A DNA stretch of 64,000 nt from Blastocystis sp. Blastoise (lineage: Eukaryota > Protista > Bigyra: Opalinata): the NCBI GenBank assembly GCA_039096225.1, contig JBBPEB010000026.1, forward strand, positions 372,001 through 436,000, in the 5' to 3' direction. The position numbers and the translations under genes are program-made. Below, piece after piece: positions 45,527 to 64,000 of this stretch. The first letter of the stretch is position 1. Every line of letters begins with the position of its first letter. A model generated the notes under the pieces. That model was not told the DNA's origin. It saw only the letters and a list, made by a program, of their open reading frames with translations, and did not search any database.

Positions 45527-46346
45527 TAGGGATATTCAAAGGCTCTAGACGCAGGTTCTGTACTTATTGATGAGAAAGAGGTGTCTATCAAACGTCATAC
45601 TAACGAACAAAAAGAAAAGAAAATTGAAGAGAATAAATTAAAGTTACATGTGTCTAATTTAGATATAACATTAAAAGAAGAAGATTTAAAGAAGGAATTA
45701 GGCCGTTATACTAAAATCAAGTCCGTTACAATTATTCGTAACGACATGGGGGTCTCTAGAGGATATGGTTTCGTAGAACTCGTCGATGCGCAGGGAGTGT
45801 CGGATTTACTGAATAGCAAAACCATCAAAATAGCAGGACGATTTGTATCTATATTATATAATATATCTTTTATTATTCTATATTTAGGTTATATTAAATG
45901 CTATCAAACCACAAAAGTATATATATATAAATATTTGTTTTTTCATATATATATATAATCTCAACTTTACTGTTCTTTATTATATATTTAGTTCATTATA
46001 TATATTTCATCACAATATATATTGTATATAGACATCATTCCATGAAACAATCCATGAATCATAACAAGTATATATATATATATGTAGTTCAATTAAGAAT
46101 CTTCCTATATATATATATAGTTATCCTCATAATATACACCCTATGGGTCCTCCTTCTACTCCTAACAGCTATAACTATAATCCTCGTAACAATTCCTCTA
46201 ATTCTATAGGGAAATATAATAGTCACTATTCTCATGAGCAAGAGGGAAATCGATTCAGAAACTCTCGCCCCTATATGAGTAATAACGCTAATAGCAATAG
46301 GAGAAACCAAAATTATGACCGAAATAATCGTTATAAACCATACTAA
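44623..46346 (+). CDS. RNA-binding protein with two RRM domains
   Basis: RNP2 VFIGGL with RNP1 KGYGFVTF; RNP2 LHVSNL with RNP1 RGYGFVEL; acidic N-terminus, N/R/Y-rich tail ending RYKPY. Confidence 0.88.
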
Positions 46347-46730
46347 AGAAATATCAATTCTTCTAATCTTTATTATACTATAATATATAGTTATTTCTAT
46401 TTAAATAATTCATATCTTATTATTATTCACTTTTTATTTTTTGCTTTTCTTGTTTTTTGTTTGTTTATTTTTTTGGTTTATCATATTTTGTTTATTTTTT
46501 GGTTTATTATATTTATTTTGTTCTTATTTTATTTTTATATATACCTTTGTAATAGATTTGTTAATTCTTGTTTTTATAACTTCAAACGATGCTATTTTTT
46601 AATTAATTAGACTATATCAACAAGCAATTAAAACAAAATATTTTCTTTCCACATTTTTTAAAACGGCTCTTTTTTGAATCATTTTTTTATTTGAGATTGT
46701 CGTTTTTTCTCTTATTCTATCAATATATTC

Positions 46731-47133
46731 ATGCCTAAAGATAATAACAGCAATTCTAATATCATTGTCAAGTTTATTCTTGATCTACTTGCTCCTGGAG
46801 CTAACAATGTATCATTGATTATTCTTGATATCACAGTTCTATTGATGTGGTGCTGTGATTTCGTGTGTATGATGGGAGGCTATCATAACATTCACATATA
46901 TATTTCATTTGTTTTTCTCTATTATCATTTTTATCTTGTTTACTATAGATATATTCTCACATTTCTTACAACTGGATTAGCTATATTTGTCAATTTGTAT
47001 GTTTTTTTACAAATATCAATAATTTTTATTTGTGATAAATGATTATATTTTATGTTCTAGGATATCTGGGAAGATTAATAACGCAATAGAAATTGCAGAA
47101 GAAGAAAAAAAGAATGAGAAAAAGGAAAATTAA
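46731..47133 (+). CDS. Small ER membrane protein, Pkr1-like (V-ATPase assembly factor)
   Basis: LLAPG, two TM helices joined by an NIH motif, C-terminal KKEN (KKxx retrieval signal). Confidence 0.65.
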
Positions 47134-47681
47134 GTATTTATTTGTCTTGTTCTGTGAAAAATAAATATATTATTGTTAGATATATATATATATTATTTTT
47201 GTTTTTTGTTTTATTCTAATCATCTTCTAATCAATTATCAACTACTATATCAGTTAGCATTATGAAATTCATCCAATTAGATGATCTCTCTTTGTCAATA
47301 ACTTTGTTTCAAATAGTTAACTTAATTCTTTATTAAAATACAGTGAATAAATGAATAAATAATCACAATTGAATGATATAACTATCATAAAACGAATCAC
47401 TTTTTGGTTTGTTTTCTTTCAGCTTCATCTGACTCAGTAGACAGTGAATCTGATTCTTTCGAACTTCTTCGAATTAGGAAGAAGTTCTTCTATAAGCCAA
47501 TAAGAGTTGAAGACTCAAAAACGAACAAATTGTTACACTTCTTTCTTAAAAAAAGAATTCTAAGAAACCTGATAGCAAAAAAAGTGTTTTTTTCTGGGAA
47601 TTTCGTAGAATTCACTACAAAAAAATGGTCTTGAACTGCCTTTAATCAACACTATATTCTTTCTTTACTATATAATTCAAT

Positions 47682-55621
<7,940 letters not shown>

Positions 55622-56478
55622 TTGGCTGCTACACATGTATACTATCTTTTTCATTTCTCTCTTTTCCCGTGCTTATTTAATTATTTTTTTTTATATTCTT
55701 GTACATATATATAATATTGTTTCTTTATATACATATATCATTTCAACTTTTTTCAGAATTTATTTTTTACATTTTTTTTTTGTTAATTATGGATTAAATA
55801 CTATATCTTTCAATTTCAATTATATATTCTTCTATTACTTAACACTATTTAATTAACTTTTGTATTCATATTTCTTTGTTTCCAATACAATTTTATCTAC
55901 ATATCTTTTGTATTTTTTATTTTAGTTTCCAAGTTGTTTAATTATTAAAAATTTCATTATTTTAATCCTGTCAATACTATATATTTTATTCAATAGCAAA
56001 AAAATAATTTAATTAAAATATTTTAAAACCAATTATACTCAGTAACAAGCATTCCATAGAATTAATCTTGTTATTAGAATAATACAATGAATATTTTATG
56101 GCACCTATGATTTCCCCGCTTAAATTAACTTACTATTTTCACTAATTTTTTAATAAAAAGCACATCTTATTGTTCTCATAATGTATTTATATTATTCTTC
56201 ATAATTAGTATTTCTTTAATATGTATTTTGTAAAAAAAAAAGAAAAACGAAAATTTGAAAAGGAGAAAAAGAGAATAACTTGATAAATGTTATCGAGACA
56301 CCATTGGAAAGTAAAACTTGTTTTGATTCTATGCGATATGTCAATTCTTCATAATATACATAATATTGTCATAAGTTATTTGTTTATCCCGAATTTTGAA
56401 TGTATGTTTTTTCTTTTAAATCTTCAACAGATATATCATTGAGTAAATGTCTTTTTTAGTAACCCTCATTTTATTTCT

Positions 56479-59470
56479 ATGATTGAATCTAATTGTGAAA
56501 CAAACGTGTTAGAGAAAGTAGATGCTAATAAACAATGTATTTTAATCGTCATAAGTGTTCAATACTATTCATTTCATAGTTTTATTTCGTTTTCAACAAG
56601 AGAATACTTGTAGAGTTTCAAAAGAATTTCTCGTTGAATTTCCTGAATGCCTCTTAAACAATTTTATTAACTTGAATAATGAAGAAGAAGATGATGATGA
56701 GATCTATATAGATTATACTGTTCATTATCCTGAATTATTGATATCTATTATCCAGAATAAGCCTTTTAGTATTCCTTCTGAGAGTGACATTGATGCTTCT
56801 TATCTTAGAAGTGACTTTATAACTCTCTTTCCTCATCAAGATTTTAAATATTTATCGCTCGCTCCTCATTTATGTAAACCTATTTTTGATTATTGTTCTA
56901 AGTCTAATGATATAATTTGTTGCTGTACAACACCTGAATATTCATGTGTCCCAAGAAAAGACTTTCGTAAAACAATTCCAAATAATAAAATAGTGGATAT
57001 TATGAATTTTCAAGATAAATATGTATACATTGTTTCAGGTATATTATTTAATATTTATTATTATTATTTATTGTTATTATTTATTATTATTCATTATTAT
57101 TCTATTTATTATTATTCTATTTATTATATTCTATTTATTATTATTCTATTTATTATATTCTATTTATTATTATTCTATTTATTATTATTCTATTTATTAT
57201 ATTCTATTTATTATTATTCTATTTATTATTATTCTATTTATTATATTCTATTTATTATTCTATTTATTATTATTCTATTTATTATTATTCTATTTATTAT
57301 TATTCTATTTATTATTATATCTTTAGGACAATTGAATGATTCAAAAATCAATGAATTAAAACAATTAAGTCGATTTTTTGCTTTCTTCAATTTTATTTCT
57401 ATTTCTATTCAATGTATAATTATATATATATAATTATCTTTATAATAAAAATATACACTATATATATAGCTACCTTTACTGATGATCTAGATATAACTAC
57501 AGTTGTTAATAATCAATACTTAACTATTTTCCCTAATCTTCCTTCACTTCATATTCAATGTATATATATATATTGTTTTTATTATTTATATATAGTTTTT
57601 GATTATAAGAATAATGATATAGACGTTCATGAAGTATCTTTTAATTATAAAAAGAAAGATGATGGTATCATGTTATATATTTATATTTATACTCATATTA
57701 ACTAATTAATTAATTTTATAGAAAATTACTACATATATAAAATGAAGTATATTATAATCTATTATTCCTATTATAATATATATAGTTTATATATATTATA
57801 TGATTCGGTATTCACTAAATGGATTTTAAATAATCCGTATAGAAACATTATCGAAGAAGTTGTTTATGGTATTTATTACTATGAAATTAATATTATCTAT
57901 TATAGTTGACTCAAAGACTAAATTTCCTTATTTACAACTATTTAAAAAGAAGTTCTATCCTTCACTCAAAAACATGCATTTTTCTAATGGTATAATAATC
58001 CTTAATATATTATTTATTATCTTTACTAGATTATGCAAAAGGAAATTCTGGCAATTATTTTGAACAGTTACTTACTAAACATTGTTTTCCTAATGTCGAA
58101 TGTATTTCTATTAGTAGTATGTATAATAAAGATCATGTCATTATGTTTTATTATTGTTTTTCTTTATATCATAAGCAATTATAATATTTATTATAGACTT
58201 AAATCCCAATAATAATGTTGCTTCACAAATATGTACTATTATTGCTAGTATAGATAAAATACATTTTCCAAAAATAAAGAAATTATCTTTTCAAGGAAGT
58301 ATTACATATATTATAAATATTTATTATATATTCTATTTACAGGTGTGTATATATTTAGATATTTTATTTAATATTTAATTTATCTTTTTAATTAGTTAAC
58401 AAGAATTATATAAATTTATGTGATTTGAAAAACGATAATATCTTTAAAGAAATCAGTTTTAAAAGTATATATCAATTAAAACTGATTTTTTTTATATGTA
58501 GTTAATAATTTATATTGATATTTATTTGTTATCACTTTTATAATAGATATCAACATGATATGTATGGAAAGACTTATTAACTCCTTAATTAATGAATTAT
58601 TCTTCTACTTACAAAAAATTGAACTTGATGGTATATACCTAGTATTCAATAAAATATATATATAGATTTTCAATTTGTTGTTACACTTCGTATTCTCCCT
58701 TGTTTACAAACGTTATTAGATAAAGGATTGACTCAACCTATTACGAATCTTTCTATATGCTGTTTGTATCATGCGCGTCATAATTACAATCTTGGTCTTT
58801 ATTTCAATGAAACACCAAGTATATTATTTTTTCAATTATATCGTATATCATTCTACTTTATTTTTCATAGATATTCGATGAAATTCTCTCTCTTCTCTTT
58901 TTAATAAACTCTCCTATTCACTTCAAACACTTGATATTCTTGGTATCTATATTTATATTTATATTTATATTTTTATTTATATAGATTATATACAATCAGA
59001 TACAATTGACGATGTCATTGAACTTTTTACTCCTTTAGTTTTTATTAAGTTAAACTCACTTTATGTTAATTGTAAGAATACTTATTCATTGTATTTTCAT
59101 CCATTATATAGATAATAAAACTGAAAATGATCTTCAATATATTCTCCGCTTCCTCTCTTCTTCTTCATATCCTGCTCTTGAATCCCTCAGTATTTGCGAA
59201 GATTCTTTCCATAAAGAATCTTCAAAGACAAATAACGAAAACAAATTCAAAGATATTAATGATCAATCTATAGATTTCAAGATGCCAAAACTAAATAAAC
59301 TTTCTCTAATTAGTATTATGATTATTATTAACATATTTATGCTTTTTATTTATTATTATTTTTCATAGGCATAGATTTTTCACCCGAACTCCTTGAATCA
59401 TTACTAATGTTATTCATAAACAAATGTCCACTTATTGAACAAATCACATTTCAAAGTATTTCTTAAAGTG

Positions 59471-59549
<79 letters not shown>

Positions 59550-60633
59550 ACATTTCAAATGGAATGTAGTGATACTCTTTATAATTTGGCTTCTCAGAGA
59601 TTATTAGAAAATATTCAATTCTTAGAATTTGATTTCTGTCAAATAAATTCTGAATTACCGAAAACACATATGGATTTCTTCATCCCTTCTCATTTCATAA
59701 ATCTTACAAAACATCAATTGAAATCTTTGAAGACACTCTATTATTCAGGTATTCATTTCACTCAAGAAGATTTTATCAACTATGTTAATTTCTATGTCAA
59801 ACATATCATCCCATCTACATCTCTTTCTCTTACAGATCCTACAAATATCAGTGATGCTTGTATTGTCTTTATATATTATTTACTGATGTAACTCTATCAC
59901 ATACTATTATTTCTCTTCTAACATATCAATTGATTCTCTTTAGTTACTTATACCTTATATAGACAATAATTCTATCACTGTAACACCAGCAGCAATCAAT
60001 TTTCTGTTTGACAGTATTCAGAATATGCAATTAAAACATCTTACTACTATTAGCTTCCTTTGTATTTCTATATTCATATCATATATAGTTCTCATAATCT
60101 TATTCACATGAATATAGCATAATCTTCATATTCATTAAAATTATATGTTGTATATAGATGCAAACATACCATTTAATATTTTTGAACATTTTTCAAGTTA
60201 TTTAACAAAACAGTATCTTCCTAATTTGTGCAAACTTTATATGAAATTAAACTGTAATAAATCGTTTTTTGAAGATGTTAAAATGCTAATGTCTCATTCT
60301 GAATTAGTCATAGCAAACCAATTAAAATATAGAATCTCAATTAGAAATGATATCATTGAAAATGATTTTGCATATAATAATGATGAATCCGCCAAAAATG
60401 TTAATTTTTATTCTGCTTTTGATGAATATATACCAATAGAAAACAAAAGAAACTTACCTCCTTTTGGAACAAGAACAGAAGGAATCAAACGAAATATCAA
60501 TAATGATGACGTTGCATCACCTCCTAATGATACTACTCAAGAATACTCAACTAACACACAAAAAAAGAAGAATAAGTCTTCTCAATCAATTAATTATAAC
60601 TATGGAATAAAAAACATTAATTTAGAATATTAA
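56479..60633 (+). CDS. LRR-like protein with N-terminal BTB-like segment, ~20 exons; one exon carries an in-frame TGA (possible pseudogene or skipped exon)
   Basis: N-terminal RVSKEFLVEFPECLL...EIYIDY, then repeats such as FPNLPSLHIQ, YPSLKNMHFS, FPNVECISIS, FPKIKKLSFQ, YPALESLSIC, MPKLNKLSLI, LPNLCKLYM. The start codon is uncertain. Confidence 0.65.
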
Positions 60634-61196
60634 AAAGATAAAAAAGAAATTTTTATCTTTATCCTCTTTTTTTTTTAATATTATATTATCTTATAGATAT
60701 TAGTGACTTTTTACTGATCTTTATAATAATTGTTATTATTTCATATCGCATCTAATATTCTATTGTTCATATTAATTTCAAAATATTTTACTGTCTTTCA
60801 TAATAATAAAGAAATGAAACTTTGTTTATTATTTACTCATTTTGTTCACGTCGTTATATTATTGTATATACTTTTTTATTTCGATATTTACAAGAGTGAA
60901 AAAACAATCATGAAAATTAATTTACACAGATCAACATATTTTTATATCAATTGATAAAACTATAATGTTGATCGAATTATTGCTATAATTCATAATCGTG
61001 TATATTAATTATGCTTGTAATAAAAGAATCAGCTCAGTTATATAATGTCAAACTCAAGAAAAAAAAGTCTTTATAAATAAGAACAAATAAACATATAAAA
61101 ATTATTTTAAATTGATTTATTCCATGGTTATAAAAAAAGGTATTATCCACTTCAACAGTTTTAAAACTGCAACAAAAAGTTTTGGAACATTTTAAT

Positions 61197-61878
61197 TAGA
61201 GCGGTTCAAAAGTTGCCACAAATTGTGAAAGTTGCAACACTTTTTTTTTTAATTTATATACAAAACAAATTTTTAATAAAGAAAACATAAATAAAGCATA
61301 TAAAAAAAAAATTATAAATAAGTTAAGAAATAATTTAGTCAAGATTGATCTCTGAAACATTACTAAAAGTAGATAAATTATCAAAAGAAATTGATAAAAT
61401 ATCATCAAGAGAATCAGATAAAACACTATTTGAAATGAAATTAGAATTATAATCGTTATTTTCACTTTCATTTGTTACTAATTCATTATCATCTATAATT
61501 GTCATTGAAGAATCATTAATTGTAGTATCTATTTCATCTTCAATAATCATTGAATCATTTTGAATTGAAATAGTATCTATTTGTGGATTCATATAAAAAA
61601 AATAAATCTCTAAACAAATTTTCATCAGAATAACAAAATTTATTCTTTGTAAATAAAATATTCATAAAAGAGAAAGATCTTTCTACACTAACAGTAGTAG
61701 AAGGTAATTGAAGAATGAAAGGAATTATTTTAGAAATAGAAGGAATTTGTTTAAGAAGAGGAAAATAGAATTTTATCATTTGTTCTTTACTTATCATATT
61801 TTGAGGAAAACATTCATTTTATTTCTTCTCATTATCAATAAAATCTTTCATTTTTGAAACACATAATAAATAATCTTT
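61197..61878 (-). mobile_element. hAT-family DNA transposon relic (3' end with C-terminal dimerisation domain)
   Basis: ORF 61555-61797: IPSISKIIPFILQLPSTTVSVERSFSFMN matches the hATC P..A...L..P.TS..VER.FS motif; frameshifted and 5'-truncated; TIR-like TAGAGCGGTTCAAAAGTTGC at 61197. Confidence 0.7.
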
Positions 61879-63951
61879 TAGAGCGGTTCAAAAGTTGCGA
61901 CAAATCGAGTTGCGACAAATTTCACAACTTGTCGCAACTTGTCGCAATTTGTCGCAACTTTTTTAACCACGAATAATGGCGAGAGTACCGTGATTATTTT
62001 ATTAATTTGGCAACTAAAAAAGACTTGTTTAAAAAATAAATTCAGTGTCGCAATTTGTCACAACTTTGTCACAACTTTTCATTTAAACATATATTTAATT
62101 AATATTTTATATAATAGAATATTTCATTATAAGAATTAAGTATCAGCAAATATATATACCAAATTTCATTTTATACAAATGAAAAGATCATATGAAATGA
62201 ATTAAAGAAAGAATTCAAAATATTTTGAACAATTTTTTTCCAGTCAAAATTTTGATTTATTTACGGGATAAATCCATTTTTGACTCATTTTTGAAATTCA
62301 TTTTTTTAATGACAATTCAAATTAATTTCAATTTTATTTTCTATTAATTATTTAATTATATTCAATTAAAATTATTATGTTTATCATTCATAGTATTTAA
62401 TAATGAAAATTGGTTCATGAATATTGATTTTAAGCCATTTTGAACTGAATTTATTTTTATCAGCTCATCTTGTCATCTAATTAAGAATAATATATTTATA
62501 ATTGACTATTAATTATCATATAGATACATATTTACATCATAATGATTCATTATATGATGTTTAATGAAGAATGTTAAAAATTGAATTTTGATGAAATGAA
62601 ATTATTTGAATATATATGTTATCAATAGCTCATTATTAGTTCATTATGAAGAAATGAATCATTTTAAAAATATTTTTATACTTAATGAGCTCATTTTGTC
62701 TTCAATGAAGCTTTTATGACATTCAATTCTTCACTTTTTATATTTAATAACATTATTTTGATAGTATAAAAATAATATAATACTTTAAAAATCGTTAAAA
62801 GAATTAAAAAATGATTAAAATAACGATATTTATCTAATGTATTTCTCTTATGAATTTCAAAAATTTAAATTTTTAGTGTTTTAAACGCTTATTTTAGGTA
62901 TTAAACTTATTATTAGAGCGGTTCAAAAGTTGCGACAAATCGAGTTGCGACAAATTTCACAACTTGTCGCAACTTGTCGCAATTTGTCGCAACTTTTTTA
63001 ACCAACAATAATGGCGAGAGTCCCGCGATTATTTTATTAATTTGGCAACTAAAAAAGACTTGTTTAAAAAAAGAATTCAGTGTCGCAATTTGTCACAACT
63101 TTGTCACAACTTTTCATTTAAACATATATTTAATTAATATTTTATAGAATATAATATTTCATATAATGAATAAAGTAGTGATAAATATATATACCATATT
63201 TCATTTTATAAAAATGAAAAGATCATATGAAATGAATTAAAGAAAAAAATCAAAATATTTTGAACAATTTTTTTCCAGTCAAAAAATTGATTTATTTACG
63301 GGATAAAACTATTTTCGACTCATTTTTGAAATTGTATTTTTTAATGACAATTCAAATGAATTTCAATTTTATTTTCTACTAATTATTTATCCATTTTCAA
63401 TTGAAATCATAGTTTACATTATTTATAGTATTTGATAATGTGAATGATTTCATGAATAGATTGATTTTAGATCTTTTTGAAATGATTTATTTTTTATCAA
63501 CTCATTTTATCATCTAATTAAGATTATTATAATTACAATTAACTCTTATTTATAATATAGATACATATTTACATCATAATAATTCATTATATGATGTTAA
63601 TTGAAGACTGTTAAAAATTGAATTTTGATGAAATGAAATTATTTGAATATATATGTATTCAATATCTTATTAAAGACTCATACGAAAGAAATGAATCAAT
63701 TTTTTAAATATATTATGCTTAATGAGCTCATTTTATCTTCAATGAAGCTTTTATGACATTCAATTTTTCACTTTTTATATTTAATAACATTATTCTTATA
63801 ATATAAAAATAATATAATACTTTAAAAATCGTTAAAAGAATTAAAAAATGATTAAAATAAGTATATTTATCTAATGAATTTTTCTTATGAATTTCAAAAA
63901 TTTCATTTTTTTAGTGTTTAAAACGCTTATTTTGTGTATTAAACTTATTAT
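61879..63951 (+). repeat. Tandem duplication of a ~1035 bp unit beginning with the same TIR-like end plus subterminal TTGTCGCAA/TTGCGACAA repeats
   Basis: Units start at 61879 and 62914 with TAGAGCGGTTCAAAAGTTGCGACAAATCGAGTTGCGACAAA and are collinear but visibly diverged. Confidence 0.9.
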
Positions 63952-64000
63952 TAATTTATTTAAAAATTATTTATGTAATCATCATGAAAATATCTTTATA

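Noticed and set aside
47404-47634. ORF or antisense exon-like stretch upstream of ABCA
   Set aside because: No true start or homology; it overlaps the probable ABCA promoter.

Overview
Very AT-rich, gene-dense, intron-rich eukaryotic nuclear DNA. It reads like a protist, and a Blastocystis-like stramenopile is my guess, by inference only. Most short ORFs in the supplied track are artefacts of intronic (TA)n/(ATT)n microsatellites. Manual splicing gives about 21 protein genes: a PEPCK-like protein with a mitochondrial-type presequence, LENG8/THP3, TIP41, THOC7-like, MCM4, RPL23a, ARPC2, RPB9, Tul1-type RING ligase, SWSAP1-like, COG3, APC7-like, NSE2, Ub-RPS27a, RPL13, retinoblastoma-related, TBC+TLDc, a 2xRRM protein, PKR1-like, a full-size ABCA transporter and an LRR-like protein. 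There is also one tRNA-Asn and a hAT-transposon relic with a ~1 kb tandemly duplicated terminus at the right end. Main observations: (1) two U12-type AT-AC introns, which imply a minor spliceosome; (2) about eight splice junctions whose intron ends echo the flanking exon and sometimes destroy GT/AG (an RNA-read polishing artefact or cDNA-mediated conversion); (3) a P-loop-less PEPCK homologue with a mitochondrial presequence; (4) an LRR gene built from symmetric phase-1 exons, one carrying a TGA; (5) trimmed Rb and MCM4. CDS coordinates span start to stop including introns and come from manual reading, not from alignment tools.
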